This document shows positions 1 through 9,549 of a stretch of DNA of 64,000 bases, in pieces. Under the pieces are notes generated by a model. That model did not search any database. It saw nothing but the letters and a program-made list of their open reading frames with translations, and was not told the origin of the DNA. Origin of the DNA: a virus; the IMG/VR virus record IMGVR_UViG_3300017447_000001, positions 1,227 to 65,226 of that record. One strand, written 5' to 3'. The position numbers were made by a program, and so were the translations under genes. How positions within the stretch are numbered: the stretch's first letter is position 1; each line of letters begins with the position of its first letter.

Positions 1-1534
1 CGTTGTACACCCTACTGATGGTTATAAGCTCTTACAGGGTAGTTTTGCAAATGTGCCTGTAATTACACCTGAAGAACGCGCAACGCTGTTTAACGTGGCC
101 TATGGCTTCAATGAGGTTTTGAAAGAACCTGTTCACAGGCCGGTTCGTCAAAGAAAGCATGTATTAGGTTTAACACCAATCGAAGATTACAACCAGCGCG
201 GAGATGTCGTGGCCCTATTGCAAAAACATGGATGGGAAATAAAGGGGCAACGTGGTTCTAAAATATTAATGAAAAGGCCTGGGGATACTAAGGCTGACCA
301 TTCTGGAAATTATGACGAGGATAAGAACTGGTTTAGTGTTTTTAGTACATCCACCGACTTTGAGCCACAAACTCCGTATCAACCGTATGCAGTATTTGCA
401 GTTTTAGAGTGTGGAAAGGATTTCAATATAGTTCCAAAAAAGCTTTCGGAGCTTGGCTATGGGGACGCCCCAGAGGTTGTGAAAGAAATTAATAATTCTG
501 TTCCAAGTATAATTGATACGTCCAATGAGCAGGATTTAGATTTCTTAGCAACAGAAGAAGATTTTAACGAGTATCTTCAATTGTGGCGTACAAACAAGTT
601 CATTAAAGGTCAAACTACGGGGATTACAGAACTGGATAAGTATTTTTTATTTAAAGAGGGTAACCTTGTTATCATCAATGGCCTTGACAACGTGGGTAAG
701 TCAACTGTGATTTGGTATTTAGCTATGCTCTCTGCGATGTACAACGGATGGCACTGGTTGATATTTAGTTCTGAAAACAATGTGGGTTCTGTGGTTAGAA
801 AAATGGTAGAGTTTTACTGGTCTGAGCCAATCGCATCAATGAGTGAGCTGAAGTACAATAAGGCAAAAGACTTTGTTCTTTCTCATTTCGAGTTCATAAA
901 ATCCAGAGATAAGCTGTACAACTACCAAGACATACTCAATATGGCAACCCTTGCAATGAAGCGCAAAAAATTCAAAGGACTGATGATTGACCCGTACAAC
1001 TCTCTTAAAATGGATCGTCCAGCCAAATCTAAACAAGAGGGGTACGAATACCATTATGAGGCGGCAAGTGTTATTCAGTTGTTTGCGAAGCAAAACAACC
1101 TATCGATTTATTTGAATTGTCACGTTGGTACTGCTGCTGCCAGAAATAAGAATGCAGAAGGTTTTACAAAGGCCCCGCAGAAAGAGGATACTGAAATGGG
1201 TGTGATGTTCGCTAATAAGGCTGATGACTTTTTAACTCTCCACCGCGTAACTCAGCATGAGAAAGAGTGGAACATCACGGAGATACACGTTCGTAAAATC
1301 AAAGAGATTGAAACTGGTGGCAAGGTTACGTACGAAGGTAAACCAGTTAAGCTTCGCAGCGCAGATGGTGTGAGTGGATTTGAATACTTTGGTCACAATG
1401 CAGTGAAAGAGTGGCACAAAGGCGCAGCTAAGAGAATAGTTCAACCAATAGACTTCACACAACCATTGTCTGAAAGCGAACTAATCAACAAGGCCATGGA
1501 AGAAATTAAAGAAGAAGAAAAATTACCATTCTAA
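1..1534 (+). CDS. Primase(Prim-Pol-like)/SF4 DnaB-like helicase fusion, 5'-truncated
   Basis: Frame is open from base 2 (VVHPTDGYKLLQGSF...), so the gene starts before the window; Walker A IINGLDNVGKST, Walker B LMIDP; C-terminus EEEKLPF. Confidence 0.85.
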   Translation, partial: VVHPTDGYKLLQGSFANVPVITPEERATLFNVAYGFNEVLKEPVHRPVRQRKHVLGLTPIEDYNQRGDVVALLQKHGWEIKGQRGSKILMKRPGDTKADHSGNYDEDKNWFSVFSTSTDFEPQTPYQPYAVFAVLECGKDFNIVPKKLSELGYGDAPEVVKEINNSVPSIIDTSNEQDLDFLATEEDFNEYLQLWRTNKFIKGQTTGITELDKYFLFKEGNLVIINGLDNVGKSTVIWYLAMLSAMYNGWHWLIFSSENNVGSVVRKMVEFYWSEPIASMSELKYNKAKDFVLSHFEFIKSRDKLYNYQDILNMATLAMKRKKFKGLMIDPYNSLKMDRPAKSKQEGYEYHYEAASVIQLFAKQNNLSIYLNCHVGTAAARNKNAEGFTKAPQKEDTEMGVMFANKADDFLTLHRVTQHEKEWNITEIHVRKIKEIETGGKVTYEGKPVKLRSADGVSGFEYFGHNAVKEWHKGAAKRIVQPIDFTQPLSESELINKAMEEIKEEEKLPF

Positions 1535-1536
1535 CC

Positions 1537-1923
1537 ATGACAGATGAATACATAATGAACATCTACCGTAAGATACCGCTGATGCCATTCGACACACTGA
1601 TACCCATAGACCAGAACAGGCCAGACCTTACGGACTTATTACAGGTCATTAGAGAGTTTATTTATTCTGGCGAGCCACTGATACTCACTAATGACCAAAA
1701 GTGGCTTATACGGATTAAAACGAGCCAACACAAGCACTTCTTGGCTTATCAGAGCATATCAGACTCAGGAATGATGCCAGATGAATGGAAAAGAACATTA
1801 AAAGGTAACGAGTGGAGTGAGATAGAAACAAAAAAAGGAAAGATGAGAGTATTCTGCAAAGAGCAGTATTACGAAATAACAAACGAACATGGAAAAGTAG
1901 TAGCCATAGAAAGTAAAAACTAA
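1537..1923 (+). CDS. Hypothetical protein
   Basis: 128 aa ORF tightly packed in the + strand operon. Confidence 0.6.
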   Translation: MTDEYIMNIYRKIPLMPFDTLIPIDQNRPDLTDLLQVIREFIYSGEPLILTNDQKWLIRIKTSQHKHFLAYQSISDSGMMPDEWKRTLKGNEWSEIETKKGKMRVFCKEQYYEITNEHGKVVAIESKN

Positions 1924-1928
1924 ATATT

Positions 1929-2186
1929 ATGTGTAACAAAGATTGTAAAATCAGAACCGATAACGAATTTGATGAAGAGTTAATAAAGAGATTGTCAGTA
2001 AAGCAGCGCAAGTTTGACGAAGAAAAATCCATAGAAGATTTTGATAAGCTGATGGAGTACCACAACCGTCAAGGCAAACATTATATTGCTTTGTCAGAAG
2101 CTGGCAAGTTAAAAAACAACAGTATCACAGAACTTCTGCAAAACGCAGATAAGATATACGATTGGTTAACCAAGACCCAACCCTAA
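1929..2186 (+). CDS. Hypothetical protein
   Basis: 85 aa ORF, tightly packed. Confidence 0.55.
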   Translation: MCNKDCKIRTDNEFDEELIKRLSVKQRKFDEEKSIEDFDKLMEYHNRQGKHYIALSEAGKLKNNSITELLQNADKIYDWLTKTQP

Positions 2187-2246
2187 AGAAGCTATTGCTA
2201 CAATACTGAAATACAGTTAACTTTGCTATACAAGAAGAAAGCAAGC

Positions 2247-2861
2247 ATGAACTGTATTAACAACTATTTACTCGTTGAATTTACCGAAGACCGCCTCCAT
2301 ATAGACTTGGGTGGCGGTCTTAAACTTTTAAAGCCCGACCGATACCTGTTTCAAGACTCCACATCGGACGGAGAAGCCTCCAAAACCGTTCAGGTCACTG
2401 ACCGTAGACTGGTGAACCCGCAAATCTGCCGCGTATTGGCTCCTAATAGCCGCTACAATCAATTAAAAGCAGGAGATAGTCTGTTTGTACACTACGGAGC
2501 AATCGAAGCCTCTGAGAGCCTTAAAATGGACTACATCGATTGCCACTTTATTGACGCTGGAATGGTGTTCTTCAGAATCGGAGAAGATGGCGTTATTTAC
2601 CCTCAACCAAATATCTACATCGGAGAGGTTGTGGAGGTGGAAGCGGCCCGTACCGAGAGTGGTATTTACTTGACCGCACAGGCTACCATCAAACAAGAAA
2701 GAAGAATCCGTATATTGTTCGTTCCAGAAGACAATGATTACGAACCAGGAGACGTTGTGGTTACGGTTGACGACTATCAATACGAGTTAGACTTTAATGG
2801 CAAGAAGTACATCAAGTTAGACGAGAGGTACATTGTCGGAAAGGTTTTGCAAAATGGCTGA
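2247..2861 (+). CDS. Co-chaperonin GroES-like protein, two tandem Cpn10-like domains
   Basis: C-half RTESGIYLT...PGDVVV...DFNGKKYIKLDERYIVGKV matches the GroES pattern; N-half NNYLLVEF...LKAGDSLFVHY similar; TAACTTTG promoter element at 2218-2225. Confidence 0.7.
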   Translation: MNCINNYLLVEFTEDRLHIDLGGGLKLLKPDRYLFQDSTSDGEASKTVQVTDRRLVNPQICRVLAPNSRYNQLKAGDSLFVHYGAIEASESLKMDYIDCHFIDAGMVFFRIGEDGVIYPQPNIYIGEVVEVEAARTESGIYLTAQATIKQERRIRILFVPEDNDYEPGDVVVTVDDYQYELDFNGKKYIKLDERYIVGKVLQNG

Positions 2862-3735
2862 TTTTTTTAAACCGTTCCCAAGACTGGGGATGGTAAGGAA
2901 GTACCCAATGGACATCAAAGTTGATGTGAACATGGCGGGAAAAGGAACCAAGTACCTTAAGGAAGTTATCATCCCAGAATACCGGCGTCAGAAACAAAAG
3001 TACGAGGACAGGTTAGACTGGTTTTTAAGATTTGTTCAGTTCAGGGAGAACCAGATTTTAGAAAAGAACAAAGAGATAAAGAAGCTCAGGACCCAAATCA
3101 GATTACAAGAGAAAAAGCTAAAAATATCTATCGAGATAGCCAAACAGGGCGGGGGTGATTTAGGTGATGATTTCTACCGTACCAAGCGTAAGAGGAAGCA
3201 CATCAGGAAACCCCGTAAAAGAAAAGTGCTTCGGGCAGCAACCAGAAAAAAGTTTATGCAAATGGCGCAGATCAATCAGTACGCCCGAACGTATCATCAA
3301 GACAAAGTATGGCAGGCGAGACTTAATGCGGATCCTGTTGTCGCTTTCCTCACCTATCCGATAGTGGACTTGTACTTCACTGAGACAAACCTAAACCCAA
3401 CGATAGGTAAAATACTAATGCTGGTTACACAATACGAATGGTTTGTACCAGCAGACGCAACAGACTGGGGACTTCCATTGCTGGGAGTAAGAACCAAGCT
3501 AAACAAGCTCGTAGAACTCGGTTATCTGACTGTATACGAAGAAAGAAACCGCAACCTATACAAAGTATCACCCGAGGGTGCGAAGTGGTATAACGGCTTC
3601 GTAGCGTTTTATAACGAAAAGGCTGAACTACTGTCTAAGGATAAGCCAAGCGAAAAGCTCAATCTACCATTAGCTACTAGAATGCCGACACGATTTAACA
3701 CTAAAAAACAAGAAGATGGAAAAACCGAACTTTGA
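2854..3735 (+). CDS. Coiled-coil/basic protein with C-terminal winged-helix-like domain (possible regulator)
   Basis: Lys/Arg-rich segment; VRTKLNKLVELGYLTV...NLYKVSPEG resembles a MarR-type wHTH. Confidence 0.45.
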   Translation: MADFFKPFPRLGMVRKYPMDIKVDVNMAGKGTKYLKEVIIPEYRRQKQKYEDRLDWFLRFVQFRENQILEKNKEIKKLRTQIRLQEKKLKISIEIAKQGGGDLGDDFYRTKRKRKHIRKPRKRKVLRAATRKKFMQMAQINQYARTYHQDKVWQARLNADPVVAFLTYPIVDLYFTETNLNPTIGKILMLVTQYEWFVPADATDWGLPLLGVRTKLNKLVELGYLTVYEERNRNLYKVSPEGAKWYNGFVAFYNEKAELLSKDKPSEKLNLPLATRMPTRFNTKKQEDGKTEL

Positions 3736-4096
3736 TAACCTGACCCCTGAGCAAGCACGATACTTAGAATTGTTGGAAGGACAGGTAAATGGCGCTTCCA
3801 ATCTCATTAAAGAGTTGAATTTAATCAGTGAGGGGTACGCGCAGGATTTGATGAAAATAAGAACAGGCCAAGCTGGAGAAGAAGGAAAAAACCTGAACTA
3901 CATTAAGCCTGATAAGAACGACACCATATTCGCCCGTACTATGGTTTTGGTGGATAAGATTGATAAGATACTGGCGATTGAAAAAGCTACTAAGCAAGTT
4001 GAACCAGAGGTTAAAGAAGCGAAAGAAACTAAAAAACCAGCCGAACCAGTGAAACGTAAAAACTTTCAGGACATAGTACTGAACGGACATGAATAG
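3716..4096 (+). CDS. Possible terminase small subunit
   Basis: 126 aa helical protein directly upstream of and overlapping terL; positional inference only. Confidence 0.4.
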   Translation: MEKPNFDNLTPEQARYLELLEGQVNGASNLIKELNLISEGYAQDLMKIRTGQAGEEGKNLNYIKPDKNDTIFARTMVLVDKIDKILAIEKATKQVEPEVKEAKETKKPAEPVKRKNFQDIVLNGHE

Positions 4097-6101
4097 GAAC
4101 GAGTTTAACATAGCGAGAGAGAGGTTTGAGCAGGAACGCACGATAGGGGAGCTATTGGTTAAACTTCCTAAAGTGCCTGCGTTCACCAATATAGCCAACC
4201 ATGACCTACCAGTAAAACAACAACGTTTCAAGTACTCAGCGCCACACAACTCTCGTGAAGAACCCACGGAAGAATTTATGTTGCAAGAGTATCAGCGGAT
4301 GGTGAATGGCTATTGGTTCTTCAACAACGGAAATATAGAATACATTACTGGCGCACACTACTTTATTTTAAACTATTGGACAGATAGGGGTAAGAGGCTG
4401 TTGTTTGTTGATGCGCAAAGAGATGTATTCTTATGGTGGAAAGCGGTAGAGGATAACATTAACCTTTCAGGCGGAAATTTAATCACGAATCGAAGGTTCG
4501 GTAAAACCGTAATTTCTACAGGAATAGGATATTATCGCACAACCACGCGGTCAGATAGCAAGTGTGGCATCCAATCAAAAACAAATAAAGACGGCGATGG
4601 CGTGTTTAAAAAAACGGTTGCATCATGGATGAGATTGCCAGACTGGTTAAAGCCTCTTGATACAGGCGAGACACGTCCTGCGACAATACTGGAGTTCTTT
4701 CCCCCACGCAAGCGTTCTGCCAACCAGGGTAAAAAGATTTACGATCAAGCACTATACTCCTCGATAGATTATCGACCATCCGTGGAAGAGGCGTATGATG
4801 GTGAAGAGCTTACCACCTACATAGAGGACGAGGTGGGCAAAACCATAGGTGTTAATACAGACACACGATACAATATCGTCAAGTACTGTTTGATGAAAGG
4901 CCCAACCATTAATGGAAAAGCGCTCCGTACCACTACTGTGGAGGATATGGAGAAAAAAGGCGGTGCCAACATGAAGAAAACATGGGATGCCAGTAAGATG
5001 GCTACCATGAACCCTGAAACGGGCAGAACCGCATCCATGTTAACCAACCTGTTTGTTCCTGCTGATTACGGTTATTTAGGCAATCACCCTAAGACCGGCG
5101 AACCATTCGTAGACGAATATGGTTATTCAAACAGAGCATTAGCCAAAGAATACATTCTTTCTGTCTGGAACAACTTGGAGGGTGATGACCTCGCCGCAGA
5201 ACAACAAAAAAACCCACTTACAGAGAAACACATTTGGCAGCTCAAAAACTTTGGAGGCACGTTCGACAACGAACTACTAGAAATTCAAAAAGACTATCTC
5301 GAAAGAAACAACGACCACGAAGAAGATAACGCTCCTAAGAACCTTGTAAGACGTGTGACATTTTATAGAGATGCAGAAGGAAAAGTTAAATGGCGAGACG
5401 ATAAAAATGGGCATTGTCAGATGGTTTGGGACTTTGATGACTCCAAGTATTCAAACAAGAACAAAAGTGGCTCTAACGGACTAAAAAGCCCCGATAACGA
5501 CGAATCGTTTGCTATTGGTGTCGATCCGGCAGCAGCAACCATCACTACAGGCAAAGAAAAGTCAAAAGCAGTGGCTTACGTATTCCGTAAAGGTGACATG
5601 AATGACCCTGAAAACAGCGGATTGATGGTGCTACGATTTGCTCCATGGCCGAGGATGCGGTTCAAAAGAGACTTTCACAAGTACGTGATGATGCTTTGCG
5701 AGTACTACGGATGTAAAGCGAATTATGAGAGCAATATTGACGATTATTACGAGGCATTTATTGAGGAAGGGTTTAAGAACTATGTCATGTGGCGCCCTAA
5801 GTGTACGATTGACCCACAGCGCAAGAATGCTAAGTACAAGTACGGAACACCATCGAACGATGCTTTTGCGTTACAGAAACAAACAGACATTGCTGATGAG
5901 TATATCAAAACACGATACCATAAAATTTACTTTATAGAGGCAGTAGATTCATTTATCAAGTACGATCCTGACGATAGAACCAAGTCCGATGATGCCATAG
6001 CCTTTATGATGGCGTTAATTGGAGGTACGGACAGAAAAATGGATGTTAAACCCAACACCAGTAAGCTTAGTATTTTGAGGGTGTTTAAAAGAAGTGCATA
6101 A
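4089..6101 (+). CDS. terL: Terminase large subunit
   Basis: Walker A ITNRRFGKT, Walker B YIEDEVGK, nuclease motifs FAIGVDP and SDDAIAF; position before portal. Confidence 0.92.
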   Translation: MNRNEFNIARERFEQERTIGELLVKLPKVPAFTNIANHDLPVKQQRFKYSAPHNSREEPTEEFMLQEYQRMVNGYWFFNNGNIEYITGAHYFILNYWTDRGKRLLFVDAQRDVFLWWKAVEDNINLSGGNLITNRRFGKTVISTGIGYYRTTTRSDSKCGIQSKTNKDGDGVFKKTVASWMRLPDWLKPLDTGETRPATILEFFPPRKRSANQGKKIYDQALYSSIDYRPSVEEAYDGEELTTYIEDEVGKTIGVNTDTRYNIVKYCLMKGPTINGKALRTTTVEDMEKKGGANMKKTWDASKMATMNPETGRTASMLTNLFVPADYGYLGNHPKTGEPFVDEYGYSNRALAKEYILSVWNNLEGDDLAAEQQKNPLTEKHIWQLKNFGGTFDNELLEIQKDYLERNNDHEEDNAPKNLVRRVTFYRDAEGKVKWRDDKNGHCQMVWDFDDSKYSNKNKSGSNGLKSPDNDESFAIGVDPAAATITTGKEKSKAVAYVFRKGDMNDPENSGLMVLRFAPWPRMRFKRDFHKYVMMLCEYYGCKANYESNIDDYYEAFIEEGFKNYVMWRPKCTIDPQRKNAKYKYGTPSNDAFALQKQTDIADEYIKTRYHKIYFIEAVDSFIKYDPDDRTKSDDAIAFMMALIGGTDRKMDVKPNTSKLSILRVFKRSA

Positions 6102-6140
6102 AAATGTTACTTTTGATGTTAAAAATAAACTTTGTAAACC

Positions 6141-8675
6141 ATGGCAGTGCCTACCCAACCATTATATCCTAATCCGTTAGCAGCCGACAGCGACAAGGGA
6201 ACACAAGAGTTCGGCTTAAAGGTGATGAAGTCATGTTACAACAAGTGGGCTAACGGCTTCGGTAGTGAATCTTGGGTCAACAGGGTTAAGCGTTACGACA
6301 AAAATCGTAAATACGCCGCAGGCAAGCAGGATACCACCCAATACAGGGATGTGGTTAACGTGGAAGGATTACCTCCCTTGTTAAACATTGACTATACGCC
6401 ACTCCCCATTGCCATACCATTCCTTAACCGTATCAAAGACCGCTACATGCAACGCACCGAAAAAATCAGGTGCCAGTCGGTAGATCCGTTCTCACAGAGC
6501 AAAAAACGTAAGGCCAAAGAGGATGATAGGTTTAAGATGCAATACCGCGACCAGATACAGCAAGTACAACAGGAAGCGGGAATGGAGCTGGAGCAATTCA
6601 GCGAGGATGACCCGAAGAATGAACAGGAACTTGACATCAAGTATGGTTTCACCTACAAGGGAAAGGAAGAAATCATCATGGAGTTGGGAACTAAACTGGT
6701 GTTTGATGATAACGACTGGGATGATGTCATCAAAGAGAGATTGATATTTGATACCGCTACGTGCGGTTTTGCTGTTACACACACAGAGGTAGACGGCAGT
6801 GGTAAGATAAGAACACCTTTCATTAAACCCGAACGCTTCATCACATCCTATTCTGAGTTTAACGACTTCCGTGACTGGCAGTATCAAGGCCAGGTTCGTG
6901 ATATAAGCATCATGGAAATCAGGTTAAGGTTCCCTGGTAAAATATCAGAGGAAGCATTGTATAACCTTGCCAAGTCTAACGCCGGTAAGATGGGGAATCC
7001 TACATGGGGTGACTATTCATACACTAGTGACAGCACCAGAGCCATTGCAAGGCCATGGGATAACTATACGGTACAAGTAGTAGACTTGCATTACAAAACG
7101 CTCTATAACCTCAAATACGAGCGCAAACAGAACAGGTTTGGCGGAGAGGTATTAAAGAAAACAAATGTTAAAGAAGAGGGTAAAGAATATGAGGAATCTA
7201 AACCTTACTACGTGGCCTATCATGGCGTGTGGATAAAAGACACTGATATTTTATTGAAGTGGGAACTGGCAAGAAACATGCTGAAGCCTAACGATAATTT
7301 GACAGAGGTTTTTTCTCCATACTCGGTGTACATGCACGACAATAACCGTTGCACCAATACGCCGCTGATAGAAACGATGATACCAAGCATCGACCTGATG
7401 CAGAACATTCACCTAACTACGTTACGAATCATTGCTGCTACAGCACCAGATGGCGCTGATATTGATGTTTCTGGACTGTCAGAGATAGATATGGGTGCAG
7501 GTGTTGGTAATGTATCACCGTTACAATTGTACGCTATCTACCTGCAAACGGGTAACAGGTACTTTAAACGAATGGATGATGCGGATGAGAATCCAAACGG
7601 TCAGCCGCCTATCTCACCACAAAATCATCAGTACTCAAATAAACTCGAACAGTTAGACGCTAAGTGGCAGAGAGAATACGAAAAGCTCCAACAAATAGTA
7701 GGATCTTCAAACTTAGACGCAGGCTATATCACTAATCAAGCCACCTCAAACGTTACCTTACAAAGCGCTAAGACAATTTCTGCGAGTGCAACTAATTTTA
7801 TCTATAATGCCTACCTCGCGATAATGAAACGAACCGCTAAAAAGGTTCAGATAGCATTATGGGACAAGTTTGTATATGGCGAAAACTCCTACGATGGTTA
7901 TATTAAAGCTTTGGGCAAGGACAATATTGACTTCCTAAACTCGGAAGCGATGGACGATTTTGAGAAAACTAATTTTGATGTTGCTATCGAGGCTGTTGTG
8001 GATGATGGTGAAATGCAACGTCTGAACCAGAGGATTGAGATAGCGTTAAGCACCCAGCAAATCACCATTGAGGATTCTATTATGCTCGACATGATAGAAA
8101 ACCCCAAATATAAAGCTGCGATGCTTGCAGCAAGGGCCAAACAAAAAATGGCGGATGACATCAAGAAAGCCACCATCAACGCTCAAAACAACACCGAACA
8201 AGCTAAAGCCGCTGCTGCTGCGAAAGGTGAAGCCGACCTGCAAGTGGAACAACAGAAACATGCGAACGAAGTTGAACTACTCACCCTACGTTTACAATCC
8301 ATGCAGAAAGAGGAGTCATTCAAATTTAACGGCATTTTGAAAGCGAAAGTTGTTGATGCGATATTGGCAAAACCAAACGCTACCATAGAGCAGATACCTG
8401 ACTGGGTGTTCGATGGGTTGGAGTTAACCAATGACGCGCAGAAACAGATGATGATAGAGGCGTTACAAGCAATGCAACCAGCCCAGCAAGACCAACAGCA
8501 GCCACAGCAAAATGGTGCGCCCACAGACCCTAATACGCAGCAACAGGGGCAAATGATTAACGTGGTGATGCCTGACGGCCAGAGAGGCCAGATACCGGAA
8601 GAAAACTACGAAGCATTTGCCCAGCAATACCCAGATCACGAAGTAGAACAAGAGCAACAAGAACAGTATGCTTAA
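6141..8675 (+). CDS. Portal protein (large, crAss-like podovirus type)
   Basis: 844 aa helical protein right after terL, Q-rich C-terminal coiled coil; TACTTTTG promoter element at 6108-6115. Confidence 0.85.
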   Translation: MAVPTQPLYPNPLAADSDKGTQEFGLKVMKSCYNKWANGFGSESWVNRVKRYDKNRKYAAGKQDTTQYRDVVNVEGLPPLLNIDYTPLPIAIPFLNRIKDRYMQRTEKIRCQSVDPFSQSKKRKAKEDDRFKMQYRDQIQQVQQEAGMELEQFSEDDPKNEQELDIKYGFTYKGKEEIIMELGTKLVFDDNDWDDVIKERLIFDTATCGFAVTHTEVDGSGKIRTPFIKPERFITSYSEFNDFRDWQYQGQVRDISIMEIRLRFPGKISEEALYNLAKSNAGKMGNPTWGDYSYTSDSTRAIARPWDNYTVQVVDLHYKTLYNLKYERKQNRFGGEVLKKTNVKEEGKEYEESKPYYVAYHGVWIKDTDILLKWELARNMLKPNDNLTEVFSPYSVYMHDNNRCTNTPLIETMIPSIDLMQNIHLTTLRIIAATAPDGADIDVSGLSEIDMGAGVGNVSPLQLYAIYLQTGNRYFKRMDDADENPNGQPPISPQNHQYSNKLEQLDAKWQREYEKLQQIVGSSNLDAGYITNQATSNVTLQSAKTISASATNFIYNAYLAIMKRTAKKVQIALWDKFVYGENSYDGYIKALGKDNIDFLNSEAMDDFEKTNFDVAIEAVVDDGEMQRLNQRIEIALSTQQITIEDSIMLDMIENPKYKAAMLAARAKQKMADDIKKATINAQNNTEQAKAAAAAKGEADLQVEQQKHANEVELLTLRLQSMQKEESFKFNGILKAKVVDAILAKPNATIEQIPDWVFDGLELTNDAQKQMMIEALQAMQPAQQDQQQPQQNGAPTDPNTQQQGQMINVVMPDGQRGQIPEENYEAFAQQYPDHEVEQEQQEQYA

Positions 8676-9489
8676 TGATATATTCTCACAATTTGGAGGT
8701 ACACCAGTACCAAAAGGAACGAACCCAAGGCCGGTGACAAGAATACCGGCCAAACAGTTCCTTGCCCAGTATATGAGTTCGCCCATCTACAAACAAAGAT
8801 TGGCAATGCAGGGCAATGACGATACTCCTGATATTAAAAATGTCCTTAATGCAAATGTTATTTTTAAAGACAATTTGGGTTCCCAATCGTGGAACAAGGC
8901 TGAAGGCAGAGAACTACCCCAAGGTTATGATTTTATGAATCCCAATGTATCTAATGTCATTATTGATAAATCGCAAGCTGCTCAGATGGGTAATCAATAT
9001 GGCGCTAACGTATTGCTTCCATCTGTTATGGCTCACGAACTATCTCATTTGTCAAGAGGTTTATCGCAGGGAGAAGAAAGGTCAATCATGGCATTGGACA
9101 ATAACAGTTCCGATAAAAAACTGTATAACCAAAATATAAAGGACTATACCAGAGGGGGCGCAAAATATGACCCCGAAACGTTAAAGGTTCTTAACTTTTC
9201 CGATTATCTAAGAGCTAATGCTGTCCATGGCAATGCATCTCACGATGCTGCCCCAGATGAGATAAAGGCCGATTTAGATGCTTTGAGATACCAAATGTGG
9301 AAGAAAGGTATTTACGATACATCTAAGAGGAGTATGACATTGGATGATTATAAAAAAGCTATATCAGACAAGGATATTAAAAGTAGTTTGGAATTGAAGC
9401 GTTTGTCTGACAGATTCAAACCTGAAGACCTAATAAAATTAAACAACACTATCGCTTCTACAAAAACAAAATCAACAAATCAAGCCTAA
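8668..9489 (+). CDS. Zincin-like metallopeptidase
   Basis: HExxH motif VMAHELSHL with downstream candidate ligand PDEIKAD. Confidence 0.6.
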   Translation: MLNDIFSQFGGTPVPKGTNPRPVTRIPAKQFLAQYMSSPIYKQRLAMQGNDDTPDIKNVLNANVIFKDNLGSQSWNKAEGRELPQGYDFMNPNVSNVIIDKSQAAQMGNQYGANVLLPSVMAHELSHLSRGLSQGEERSIMALDNNSSDKKLYNQNIKDYTRGGAKYDPETLKVLNFSDYLRANAVHGNASHDAAPDEIKADLDALRYQMWKKGIYDTSKRSMTLDDYKKAISDKDIKSSLELKRLSDRFKPEDLIKLNNTIASTKTKSTNQA

Positions 9490-9499
9490 AATGCACTAG

Positions 9500-9530
9500 T
9501 TTGTAAAATAAAAAACTATATGTAAGTTTG
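9500..9530 (+). promoter_or_regulatory. Bacteroidota primary-sigma promoter (TTTG-N19-TAAGTTTG) for scaffold/capsid genes
   Basis: TTTG 9500-9503, 19 nt spacer, TAAGTTTG 9523-9530. Confidence 0.75.
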
Positions 9531-9549
9531 TAGAACAAGAGAAAGACAA

